Source: Cladosporium halotolerans (Eukaryota). Taken from it: DNA of 64,000 bases. Below the pieces are notes generated by a model. That model did not search any database. It was given only the letters and a program-made list of their open reading frames with translations, and was not told the origin of the DNA. Location: the NCBI RefSeq assembly GCF_011745625.1, contig NW_027191489.1, positions 1 to 64,000 of the forward strand. The letters are read 5' to 3'. A program made the position numbers and the translations under genes. Positions 12,031-23,878 of this stretch are shown here, piece by piece. The number at the start of each line of letters is the position of its first letter. The stretch's first letter is position 1.

Positions 12031-13665
12031 ATGAAGGAGAACCAGAACCCAGCGTGGGCGACAGCACACCAGCCAAACGGCGTCAATGGAGCCATCAAGC
12101 CCGAGCACACGAACGGCAACGGCCATACACAGCAGCTGTTGCCGGATGCGCATCAGACACAAGGCAAGCCCTCAGACATGCTCCACGCCATCCAGCCGAT
12201 TGCGCGCCCACGGACTCCGAGCATCTCAGCCTCGAAAGAAGCCCGTGCCGCGGCCAGGAAGTACAAACACGCTTTCGCGGTACACGCCAGGAATCGCAGT
12301 TCTTGTCTGAGCCGCGACTTCACCGAGCCCGTTTCGCTCCAGGGTTTCAAAAACCTCGCTTTCGCAGTCCTCGCCTGCTCCATCCTCCGTCTCATGATCG
12401 AGAACTTCAAAAAGTACGGCATCCAAGTCACAATCTCCTCCAATGGTCCTTCGAGGAGTGATATTGTTTACGGCACCATCTTGTACATTTCAGTGCCCTG
12501 CCACCTGTTCGTCGCCTACGGCATTGAGCTCCTTGCGGCTTGGTATGCTCAAGGTGCCGTCGGCAGGGTAAAAAAGAGCGAGGCAAGAGACTACGACAAG
12601 CAGCTTGAGGCAGAAAGAAAGAGGTTGAAATCTCTCTGGTGGGTAATCGCTGTCCTGCATGGATTGAACGCAACATTCAACTTGCTAGTCTCGACCTTCG
12701 TGGTATACTGCTACATTCACAACCCTGGCATCGGCACCATCCACGAACTGCATGCAGTGATTGTCTGGCTGAAAGTCTGTTCGTACGCTTTCACCAACAG
12801 AGACTTGCGACACGGGTTTCTGAAGCCTGACCCGACCGGCATGACAATTCCGCCGCTCTACAAGACTTGTCCATACCCGCAGAACATCACTGTCTCGAAC
12901 CTGTGTTATTTCTGGTGGGCGCCCACTCTAGTCTATCAGCCAGCATATCCTCGCACAGATAAGATTCGCTGGGACTTCGTGGCAAAGCGCATCTGTGAAG
13001 CAATCCTGGCCTGCTTTATCATCTGGATCGCGTCAGCTCAATACGCCGTACCACTTTTGCAGAACAGTCTCTCTGACATCTCCCAATTGCATCTGGTCAA
13101 CCTACTTGAGCGCGTCCTCAAGCTTAGCACGATCAGTGTCATCTGCTGGCTGGCCGGCTTCTACGCTCTCTTTCAGGCGTCTCTCAATGCCCTCGCCGAG
13201 GTGATGAGGTTTGGTGACCGCGAATTCTACGGCGACTGGTGGAACTGCACCGACATCCGTACCTACTGGACAACCTGGAACAAACCCGTGTCCCAGTTCA
13301 TGAAACGTCACGTATACGCCCCACTGGTCGGGCGCGGCATGCACCCTGCTGCCGCGCAGATCTTGACCTTCATCTTTTCCGCCAGCCTGCACGAAATCCT
13401 TGTCGGCGTGCCGACGCACAACGTGCTCGGTCTGGCATTCATGGGAATGATGTTCCAGATCCCGCTGATTCTGCTAACGGACGTTTTCCGAAGGAGGGAG
13501 GGGTACTGGCCGAAGCTAATGGGAAATCTGATCTTCTGGTGTACGTTTTGCCTGGTCGGGCAGCCAGTGGCAGCGCTGGGTTATTATTTCGCGTGGCAGG
13601 CGAAGTATGGACAGTATCGGCCTGAGTATCCGGTCCTTTGGCCAGGTAGTGAGAAGGGCAGCTGA
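12031..13665 (+). CDS. MBOAT O-acyltransferase (DGAT1/ACAT-like diacylglycerol or sterol acyltransferase)
   Basis: Intronless 544 aa. RLMIENFKKYG, YFWWAPTLVYQPAYPR, FGDREFYGDWWN, WNKPVSQFMKRHVY, catalytic SASLHE. Confidence 0.93.
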   Translation: MKENQNPAWATAHQPNGVNGAIKPEHTNGNGHTQQLLPDAHQTQGKPSDMLHAIQPIARPRTPSISASKEARAAARKYKHAFAVHARNRSSCLSRDFTEPVSLQGFKNLAFAVLACSILRLMIENFKKYGIQVTISSNGPSRSDIVYGTILYISVPCHLFVAYGIELLAAWYAQGAVGRVKKSEARDYDKQLEAERKRLKSLWWVIAVLHGLNATFNLLVSTFVVYCYIHNPGIGTIHELHAVIVWLKVCSYAFTNRDLRHGFLKPDPTGMTIPPLYKTCPYPQNITVSNLCYFWWAPTLVYQPAYPRTDKIRWDFVAKRICEAILACFIIWIASAQYAVPLLQNSLSDISQLHLVNLLERVLKLSTISVICWLAGFYALFQASLNALAEVMRFGDREFYGDWWNCTDIRTYWTTWNKPVSQFMKRHVYAPLVGRGMHPAAAQILTFIFSASLHEILVGVPTHNVLGLAFMGMMFQIPLILLTDVFRRREGYWPKLMGNLIFWCTFCLVGQPVAALGYYFAWQAKYGQYRPEYPVLWPGSEKGS

Positions 13666-14096
13666 TGTTGTGGGAGATCGCGTCAATCTTCGTCCGTGAT
13701 CATAAAATTATATTCGCACGGCTCTCCGCATCATGTACTACGCATCACGGCTCTGTCCTCACTCTTCATTCAACATGGTTCTGTTATGCCGCCTTTCCAT
13801 GCCATCGACCTCGAGTACCCCAAGCACAAGTTGCAATCATTATCACTATAAAGTTACCACGATTTCCCCGGATTTCTTTTGTCTCTCGTGCTCCGCCGTT
13901 CTTCTTGCACTGCCCGAATTACCCCGCTTACGCGAGGATCGACTGCAGCCGGCTCCGAGGCGGCGCACGCCCACGTTTCTTATCACGAGGCTTATCTGCT
14001 CAACCCACCGGGGAACCGCACCAAGTACACCTCTACCAGCCATCCTGTCAACTTCATGCACTCTCTATCGCCCGCTGCATCTCGCGACGGATCGGC

Positions 14097-16512
14097 ATGA
14101 AGACGCATTCACGTACTCGAGGTATGGCTCCTTGCGTATTGACCACACAGAACGCCGAGCTAAAGGTTGTTGCAAGGCGGATGCATCACGTGCAAGCGAA
14201 AAGTAAGAACAATGCGCAGCCAGTCTGTTTTCCTCTTCGCTCACTGATCAAACACTTTGCAGCACATCAAGTGCGATGAGACGCGTCCACAATGCAAGAA
14301 TTGCGTTTCAAAGCAGATCACCTGTCCTGGCTATGTCAAACCTTTAGTCTGGAAGACAACTGTCAAACAAAATGTTCCATGCGATAGTGCGAAGAAACCT
14401 GAGGCAGTTCGTCGGCCTTATACTCGCAGTGGAGCAGAATGTCGCAGCATTTCACCAACTGTGCAGGAGTGCGAGAGGCCAGCTCTGGACGAGCAAACTC
14501 TACAACGGCAAAGCGACCAGGGCTCAGATACGGCATCCTCTTCAGATCAGGTTGTCTTGGATCTCAACGGCCAGCAAAATCCAGATTTTCAACTTTGCAA
14601 TGATGACTCGATCTCATCGGGAACTGTGATCGAAGATACGATAAATCTCCTCCCGCCGTCGAGGAAAAGTAAGACGCACTCAAAGCGGCTAGAAAGACTT
14701 CAACACGCTGACAGTCTTTCGCAACTTGACGTGATTCGGAATGATTTCTACCGAATTGAGGGATCACCCGTCTCTTTGAACTGTGCCGAGTCATCCGGGA
14801 GCCCAACCTTTACCGCCACTAGCAAGGGCATACCCGAACCGCCTTCCATAACAACATTCTCTACTCAAGATGGCATCGGTGACGCTATGTCGCTCGCCGT
14901 TTCTCAAATGCAGGTCCCATTTCCGCCATGCGATGACGCCGGTGGAAACGAACTCCCTCTATTCGTCAACGACAATGAGCAGCACCCACGAGCACCGTGG
15001 GACTTTGTATCCGCAGACGACTGCAGTTTAAAAATTACATCTCTCAATAACGGTCTATTGGACGGGATGACGAAGCACGACTTAACAATGCATTACTTTG
15101 ACTCGGTCTGTCAAATACTTTCATGTTTTGATTCGCATGAGAATCCATTCCGATACGACATACCCCGGGTAATGCTCACTTGTGATTATATTCACGACTG
15201 TGTCATTGCAATGTCGGCCGCTCACTTGGCGAATTCCCGGATGGGGATGGAGAGTACGGCTCTGAAGTATCAAGCCAGAGCAATGGCAGGGCTGTCGTTT
15301 GTCATACAGTCGATGCAAGCGCCTGCTTGCGCGGATGACGCCCAAATTGCATTATGCAGCTCTTATGACCGGTCCACTCGATACCAAGCACTTTTGACTG
15401 CCATGATGTTGGGTATAAGCTCGGTAAGTCAAAATTTCATGCCCTCCAGTCCTGCAATTCTTACTGTGACATAGGCTTGGTATGATCCTTCCGCGGCTAG
15501 CGTAACGCATCTGCTAGGCGCACGAACTTTATTCAAAGCTTGGCTACTTGACGAAGGAATTTGTGCCTGTACGGACGAATATCAGTTACTGAACCGGCAA
15601 CAAAGTTTCTTGGTGGGTGCCATGGCCTATCTAGAATGCCTCGCATCTTTCATCATTGATCAGCCATTCGAAGCCCTGGGATACTTGCGACAATTTGGTG
15701 CACTAGCTGAACGACAGCCAGTTTACCCTAACCCTTGGACTGGCGTGAGCACTCCGCTTTTTGTACACCTGGCCGAGACGGCAATCCTTATGAGGATGAA
15801 GCGAAAAACCAATGCAGTCCATCCTGTAGGGCCGCAGTCTAGATCCCATGCCGACGTATTGACTGGGCTTTTAACTCACGCATCGAGACTTTATCAGAAC
15901 ACACTTGCTCACTCTGCGCCCGCGGCTGCAATGGTAGAAGACACGAGAGACGCCAATACGCCGACTGAAGACCTCATAAGTATAGACAACATCCACCGCT
16001 TAGTGATTCTCATGGAGCTTGTGCAGGCCTTCCCAAATCTTGCAATGGAGAACGATCAATTCCACCGCGCAACCGTCAAGCTCAATCATGAAGCCAGTGA
16101 GATGGTCTTAGACTGCGCCATCGCCATTCTGACAGTCGTTTCCCGCCTTCCCGAAGCATCAGGGACGAATGTGATGCTCTCAATCCCTCTCATCGCAGCC
16201 GGCAGTGCCCTGCAAGCCCTACCGACCACGCCAAATAACCCTACTGTACCACCAAGCCTGCGAAGTAGTATCTCCGCAATCACTCATTCCGAGCCCATAC
16301 TGCAGCACTGGCGCGAACGAACCCAGTCCCGACTTGAGCGTACGCTCTCCCGAGTTGGAGTGGCTCCGCTACGTTGGGCAAATCAATTGGTGCAAGAAGT
16401 CTGGCGGCGCGCGGATGTGGTAGTATCAGAGGAGGGTTACCCGACGTCGCCCGGAGCATTGCATTGGATGGATATCATGATTGAGGGGAAGTATGAGACG
16501 CTTTTCGGATGA
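14097..16512 (+). CDS. Zn(II)2Cys6 transcription factor with Fungal_trans_2-type C-terminal domain, 4 exons
   Basis: Introns 14122-14176, 14203-14262 and 15424-15474 assemble RTRGGCITCKRKHIKCDETRPQCKNCVSKQITCPGY. Also FDSHENPFR, AMSAAHL, PNPWTGVS, HWMDIMIEGKYETLFG. Confidence 0.88.
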
Positions 16513-17323
16513 GAAAAGTGGTAATGATGTGGACGGTCGGTCAAACCCCCACGAGATGGCATGTGAGATGGGCATCGTAGTCTGATTGACCAGGGCAATA
16601 GCGCGTTCTATTCAGCATGCTGATGATAAGCTTGCGCATAGATATCCTCAAATCGGAAAGCCATCTTTTGCCCGTCTTAATATTAATGAGTTAGCCAATG
16701 TCTGAGTCATCAGCCTGAGGCAATATCAAACAATACCCGAGGTCGCTGCAAACAGCCCAGTATCTCAGCCGCGGTCACTACGTCTATGGTTTCCGCTTTC
16801 GGAAAGGATAGGCGCGCCACGGAAGCAGGCGGGACTCAAGTCAATGTTGCCTGCCGCCATCTTGAACAAGTGATCTAGTCCATCGACTGAGTTCTCCTTT
16901 CTTGTGAGTCAGGTGATGTTTCCGTCATCCTTCTCATACTTGAAGGGTGTATGATTGTGTGGAAGTGACGAGGCGGTTTATAATGATGGCAAGAACTTGA
17001 CTCGGCCATGGACCCAATTCGGAATCGACTTCACAACATCTGCCCTCATGCCTTACTATCGCAAACCTTTTGCAAAGCATTTCGAGGTGAAATTCGAGCC
17101 TGGAGGTCCGTGACCTTAATCTGACTATGCATGGAACGACTCTGAATAAGCTTCGGGTGTCTCCATGTTTGGACTGCAGTAGATGTTCCTCGTAACATGT
17201 GAATGAACCATAGACGAATATCGAACAACTATCAAAATACAAATGCAATCTAGATTTTAACACTCGCTTCCTCGAATCCCGTGTAAATCATTACACCACA
17301 TCTGTTCTGCGGTCATATTTGTC

Positions 17324-17794
17324 TCATAGTTTCCCCATCGGTCGGGCCGCGCATTTGAAGCAAACGCCATAGTCGCTCGATGAGAACTTGACTGTGCTTC
17401 CTCTGTGGATGAAGAAGCTATCACCTGGTCCTAGAGTTCGCTTATGACCAGTTTCATCGCTCAGAGTGACGGTCCCTAAAGTACAGTGAGCCACCCATAC
17501 ACAGAATGTTCTCAAGATTATTCGCGATTACCTTCCCAAACAACGCCGCTTTCATCGTACGAATGCACCCCTGGCCCTACCTCGGGGCCCTTCTCGATGC
17601 GAAACCAAATGCCGGCGAGACGGTCCAGGTTGGCTTCTGCTTTGGTGCCGAAAATATCGCCTGGGAAATGTCGTATCAGCCTGGTCTTCGCAATGTGCAA
17701 GCAGATAGCGGTAGAGCATACGGAAGAAGACATAATCCCCAACGGCTTCAGGGATTTTGAAGCGTTCTGTGGCTGAATGGTATTCGACGACCAT
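17324..17794 (-). CDS. Small cupin, EutQ/DUF861-like (117 aa), 3 exons
   Basis: Introns 17661-17721 and 17476-17531: MVVEYHSATERFKIPE...DIFGT...GIWFRIEKG...YDESGVVWEGTVTLSDETG...LGPGDSFFIHRGSTVKFSS...RPMGKL. Confidence 0.8.
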
Positions 17795-18418
17795 AGCGGC
17801 AATAAGATTGGCTGTAATACAGCATCAGATGCTGCAATCTTAAAAATACTCGCACCTCAAGACAGGCGACGACATACTTGTACAATGAGAGCCAATGTGG
17901 GGTTCAAAGCAAGGTTGTCCGAAATGTGGACCATGTCGTGTCATTTGATTCTCGGAAACTTCCAAAAGTGGTAAATCTTGCCGTAAGGATTGGCGATCTC
18001 CGTGGTTGGTCATTAACGTCGAGAGCATCGTAAGTCAATGGCGTCGCTCGGAATTGGTTGGTTGAGCTCAGGGAGGGTAGATAGGCGTGATACAAATGTT
18101 GTTACTGGAATGTTGCAAGATAGATTCTCGTTCACTATGTGAGAGGGAATTGTCTTGATCCATTTCGATAATGTGCTTTTGAAAATCGGTACCTTACCTC
18201 TGCGAAAGGTTCAGCCATCTCATGATATCCCGAAAGTCGTGGTGTTTGTGCCGACATTCCTGGGCCGTGATCTAGGGCAAATATTTGTGCAGTGGAAGAC
18301 CCATGGTGGACGGTTTCAACAGCGAACAAGACGGATACGCAGCACACGAGAGAGATACGGAATCTCAACCATCATATGCCAAGCTCTATATGCAAATGCT
18401 GACGTGCAGATCGATTCT

Positions 18419-20026
18419 TCAGATCTTTGCGGTCAGGCCCGCATGGTCCTGCTCTAAGGCGAGCTTCACTTTCGCAGCAGCCCTAGTCCCCTGCTCGATG
18501 GCCCCGTCAATGAAACCCCTCCACCCATTGGCCCAGTCCGCACTTGCCATAAAAATCATACCATGAGGCTCCTGCAAGACCTTCAAGTTCCTTGTCGTCA
18601 TTCCGGGGCCTGCACAGTACCACGCTCCTTTAGCGTACGGATCCTCCGACCAGCAGTGGGAAAGATAACCTTTGACATTTCCGTCGGGCTGGAGCTTCTT
18701 GAACTCAGAAATGACTTTGGCGTTGCTGGTAAAGTCGCGTAGTCTTCCATTGTAACCGAAGCACATTGCGTATGTATTCTTTTGCGAAGGCGACTGCGTA
18801 CCTGCTATCGGTCAGCGGTTGATCGAAGCCAATCATTGGTGAAGAGATCTTTACCATTGTGATCCTTCAAGCCGAATACAAAGTCGCTTGCGTTGCTGTC
18901 TGCAGTATTTGCAAACCAGTTTCCCTGCTTTTCGTCAATGGCGAAATGATACTTTTCACCGACGTTGATGTGGCCTTCATTGATGGCGTCGCGCTTCATT
19001 GGAGGCAACGGCGGGTCAAATTCGACATCGCCGAGACAGTTCAATGGGATGGTACAGATCACCCGGCTAGCGTTGTAGCTAGAGCCGTCCGTGCAGCTGA
19101 CCGTGACCCGAGAAGCAGCAGTCTGATCTAAAGAAGAGACTACTTTGTGCAAGATGCGATCGCCACGGTATTGGCTCAGAGCATGCCGTGCGAGATTAGT
19201 CATACCGCCGTTGCCAAGTTTGAACGCAGCAGCTGCGTCGTACATTGTCGGCAGGCTGTAACCTCCTAAAGCAAACCAGCGCAATGCATCTGTGTATGCG
19301 ATATCGGACGGTGTCGCACTCCCGAATGAGTTCGTGTGGGCAGCGAAAAGGTCTTTATCCTCTTTTGGCATGTCGAGCTGATCGAGACGATTTTGAACGC
19401 TCATGAGGTCGAACTTCATCCACGGCTGGGATCGCGAAGGGTCGTGTGGGTACGGCATCAGCTCTCGGGGTGTCATGCCATCGATACTGAAGAGCTTCTC
19501 GGCGACCTCGGCCAACTTCGCGTTGTATCCTCCGATATCGTCCAAGCGCTGCACAGAAGAATTTTGGGGTTTGTATAGGACAAAATCCATATCTGTCGTC
19601 CCTGCTGATGTCTTCAGATCTTTGACCAAGTCATGCCGGTGCATTTCGGCATAGACATGTGGCTGGCTCCTGCCGATAATGGTCAGCCACCTATCTCATG
19701 TCCGCAAACAATGGATCGAATCACCAATGAACATATGTCCCACCCATCTCGAACTCTTCACCCCATGCTTTCGCAGTCCAAGTACGACCGCCGATGCGAT
19801 CGCGTGCTTCGATCAAAAGTACGCGCAGGTTGCGGTCGAGTGCAAGATCACGAGCAGCAACCAGGCCCGCAAAGCCAGCGCCAATCACGATCACATCGTA
19901 CGAGCTTCTTGTGTTGGGAGAGCTCGAGACCACAGCATCTGTCGGCAGACCACTGAACGACGGGCCCGCGGAATCGAATTGGTAGCCGTCCGTCGTGCGA
20001 GTTGTCTGTGAGTTGCGTGCCGACAT
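18419..20026 (-). CDS. Flavin amine oxidase, MAO-N-like, 3 exons
   Basis: Introns 19670-19724 and 18802-18854. DGYQF N-terminus, [63 protein letters not shown] (W/F aromatic cage as in Aspergillus MAO-N). Ends AKI. Confidence 0.92.
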
Positions 20027-20584
20027 CGTGTCGAAGACTGAACGAGAAAAAAGCCAACTGGTATTAGAGTGACTTCAGATACGTAATTTCCGCAGCCAGA
20101 AATCGGTTTCTTTACATATTGTCCACGGCCTTGCAATCATCGTGGCACTGTTCATGTCGACATGACTCGCGTCGGCGCCGATGCCGTGGGGCCTACGGGT
20201 CAAGTAGCCGCCTTCGGCCATGACAGCCGGCCGCTACGCCTGTTTCGTTTAGCATAGCCGGGGCCACGCCTAGACTCGCGTCGCTGGATGCCGCAGTTGC
20301 AGACGGTGATAAGCCTCGAGCCCCATGCGGGGAAATCGACAAGATAAGGTACGCCAAACCGCGACTCGAACATGCCATCACAATCTCGTCGACATAGATG
20401 CGGGCAGCCTACCTTGTCAGCTGTCCTGACATACAATGGCTGCCGCGAGATTGGCTGGCGATAGCTGGAGGTTGCATCGAAGTCTATATCTCAACTCGCC
20501 GCCCAACACATAAAACGCTACACACATCCAAATGAATCTACACCACTCCCACTCTCTCGCACCGACCCTTACTTCCGAGACACT
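20027..20584. promoter_or_regulatory. Divergent promoter of amine oxidase and permease, with GATAAG, SYGGRG and repeated GACTCGCGTCG motifs
   Basis: GATAAG at 20308-20313 and 20343-20348. GACTCGCGTCG at 20164-20174 and 20273-20283. Several SYGGRG hexamers and CGG/CCG triplets. Confidence 0.45.
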
Positions 20585-22636
20585 ATGCCAGTGGAGATGT
20601 ATGGCGACGAAGACATTCAGCATGAGCCTCTCGGCCCTTATCCCGCGAGCAACAAACCACTAAAAGACCTCAAAGACCTCACAGTTTTCCCTTCTTCGAA
20701 ACGTTCGTTATCCTGAAAGCCACTCCAGCACCATCCCATCCATTCTTGAAGACTGACTGATCAACACAGAGTCAAGCTCGTTTTCGGAGCATGCCCAGAA
20801 AGACGTCGAGCCATGCGATCAAGACAGCGTGCACGGCAACTACGACTCCCATGTCACCCGACACATTGGAATGCTCGAGATCGTTTCGATCGGATGGAGC
20901 ATTTGCAACAGCTGGGTCGGCGTCTTGACGACGTTCACTTTCGTCATCAATCAGGGAGGATCTCCAACACTTCTTTTTGGGCTTCCCGTCGTCTTTCTCT
21001 TCTACGGCTGCATTGTCTGCACTCTAGGAGAGCTTGCTAGTGCCTACCCTTCAGCTGGTGGCCAGTAAGTCATGACGCGAGCAGTACAATATCCAGCTGA
21101 TCAACTACTTAATCGGGCATTAGGTATTACTGGACCGCCATCCTCGCACCGAGGCCGTTTGCAAAAGCTTTGGTAAGTGAATAGTTTTTATGTTCCATCA
21201 GTATTACTTGCTTACCAAGGCCTCTCCCAGAGTTACACATGTGGCCTGATCAATGTATTTGCATGGATCGCTCTCGCCGCCGGCGTCGGTGTCATCATCC
21301 CACAGATCCTCCTAGCAATCGTCGTCCACTACGACACGACCTACGCCCCGCAGGCATGGCACATTTTCCTCATTTACCAAGGAGCATCTGCTTGTTGTCT
21401 GCTACACAACATTTTCACACTCCGAAGCACAATGTGGATCTTCAACTTCATCTGTAGGTAGGCCACAGTCGAATACAAAGCCCAATGGCTAACCGCCTGA
21501 AACATAGTCGCCTTGTCGGTAGCAACCTTCGTAATTGTCACAGTCACCTGCCTCACACGGGCTCCTGGGTTCCAGTCTAACCAATCGGTCTGGATCACGT
21601 TCACCAACCGAAGCGGCTGGAGCAGCGATGGCGTCGCCTTCCTGGTGGGCATGCTGTCGCCCGGATACATGTATGCCGGCCTTGACGGCGCAATCCATCT
21701 GGCCGAAGAAAGCAAAAATGCCTCAGTGGCCGTGCCGCGGGCCCTTATGAGTACCTGGATCATTGGTTCCTTGACATCGATCATTGTGTCGATTGCAGTG
21801 ATGTACAGTGCACAGGATTTTGAGGCAATCGCGACGACTCCAACAGGGTATTATCGCGTTTCACTATTTATAAAAGCTGCAACTGATGAATGAGTTGTGA
21901 CAGGCTCCCGATCTTCGAACTCTTCCGTCAAGCCATGCGATCTGACGCTGCAGCTGTTACAACATTAGCCGTCATGTTGGCCGCAGGAATAATGGCTCTT
22001 GCAGGATGCCAGCAGGTACGCTTTCTTGTAACGATCAGACACAGCTCGAACGACATTACTCACTGATGACCACAGACTGCTTCGAGATTGACATGGGCAT
22101 TCGCTCGTGACAAAGGATTCATCGGATCCTCGAAACTCTCCCAAGTCAACAGCAAGTGGGATGTCCCGGTTTGGGCTCTTTGCGCCAATGCGTTCGTCAT
22201 CTTTTTGATCGGCTGCGTATACCTGGGCTCCTCGACTGCATTCAATGCTTTCATTGGCACCGGCGTGATTCTCCAGCTCATTACGTTCGCGTTTCCCGCT
22301 GCCCTCCTCATCGCGAGAGGTAGATCAGCCCGATTCTTACCAGCGACACGAAAGTTCAAAGTGCCATCAGCACTCGGCTGGGTAGCCAACATCTTCACGA
22401 TTGGCTTTGCCTTGGTATGCACAATCTTCTGGAATTTACCTGCGCAGCTTCCCGTGGAGCCAACGAACATGAGTAAGGGAAAGACACTCGGAGCGCTTCT
22501 GCCTTGAAACTGACAAGTACCAGATTATTCCTCTGCTGTGATTGGCATCATGGGTATCTTCATTCTCGTCAATTGGTTTTTGTGGGCTAGGAAGCATTTC
22601 GTGAGGCCAAACATACAGATCCTCGCCGGAATCTAG
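20585..22636 (+). CDS. APC-superfamily amino acid/amine permease (choline/GABA permease-like), multi-exon
   Basis: IGWSICNSW, LGELASAYPSAGGQYYW, GLDGAIHLAEE, SRLTWAFARDKG, PVEPTNMNYSSAV; stop TAG 22634-22636. The first exon (20585-20702) is inferred and less certain. Confidence 0.88.
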
Positions 22637-23167
22637 CAGCTCAACTAAGACTTCGAAATCACTGAGTGCATAGGGAAAGAAAACACGAGTAACATGTGGA
22701 TACGCAGTAAAAAGCAAGTGTTTATATGTATAAGTGTCGTTCTTCGAAAGACCGAGGGCAAGAAGGCCCCGAGATCGTTGCGTGCTTCGCGTCCAGCTGT
22801 CAGCTGTCAAGGAGATTCCAGTCGTCCCACAGCAGAGAAGAAGGTCCAGGGAAAATTGAGATATTTTCCGGGATCAGGCGATGATACTTGTATGGTAACA
22901 AGAGCAGACTGTGCGCGATTTGACTAAAATCTGGCAGAACAAAATGCAAGTGTGGCAAATTGATGCCCCCGGGCGGAAGTTTGGGAGGCCACGGAGGCGT
23001 CAGCCGGCCGCGGGGAAGAACAGCGGCCCCCTCCAAAGACCTCGGATGCTGCCCTGCAGCGTATCACATGCTCTATTTGCATTGTCATTCCGAGGCTATA
23101 TATCATGCTTTCGCGTCTCTGGCTCCGACCGGGTGCCGGTCTGCGAACAGTGAGATGCTCATCGACA

Positions 23168-23627
23168 ATGGCGCCTTCATACGTGAAACGGGTGACGCTG
23201 TTCAAAGTACCCGAGGAAGAGCACATTGATCAGGCATGCCGTCCCGCGGCCACGACGACATGTCTCATGCACTGACTCTTCAGGCACAGGTGCTGCAAGC
23301 ATACGAAGTTCTCAGGCAGAGCGCCAAACGGGTATGTTGAAGTGAGGCTGGGATGCCCATGATTGCTGTGACGCTAACACGCTGTCACCACAGGATGGCA
23401 AACCGTACATCATATCCAACGCTGCTCGCAAAGTCCTGAACGCATCTTCTCCTCTCAGTGAAGGCTACACTATCATGTCGCAGTCCATCTTCAAGGATCA
23501 CAGTGACCACGACTTTTACGACAAGGAGTGCCCGGCTCATAAGGAGCTCAAGAAGACGACCAGCAGGGTTCGGACCGGTGTCATGACCGTAGTCACCGAA
23601 GGCGAATGGCCGGAAGCTAAATTGTGA
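23168..23627 (+). CDS. Stress-responsive alpha/beta barrel (Dabb) protein, about 113 aa, 3 exons, ends AKL
   Basis: Exons 23168-23233, 23290-23331 and 23394-23627: MAPSYVKRVTLFKVPEEEHIDQVLQAYEVLRQSAKRDGKPYI...SEGYT...FKDHSDHDFYDKECPAHKELK...WPEAKL. Not in the ORF track. Confidence 0.82.
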
Positions 23628-23878
23628 GCTGTTGTTATCCGAGAGCGACCATTGCCTATACAAAGTGTCTTTGGATCTTTCGGGCCATGTACCACATACA
23701 GCGTACACCGCGGCATGTAGCCATCTTTTTGCTGTCATCAAACTTGCAGTGTCATTCGCACATCAAACTATCGTAGCAGCCTGCGTCATTCTTGGGCCCC
23801 CTTCACAATTGTTTGTTCGATATTATCAGTCCGTAATTTTCTACTCCAACCAGCTTGCACAGGAATGACCGAGCCACC

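Noticed and set aside
13665..14279. 204-aa ORF overlapping the DGAT stop (TGATG) as a coupled gene
   Set aside because: No recognisable domain; its end is just the first exon and introns of the Zn2Cys6 TF.
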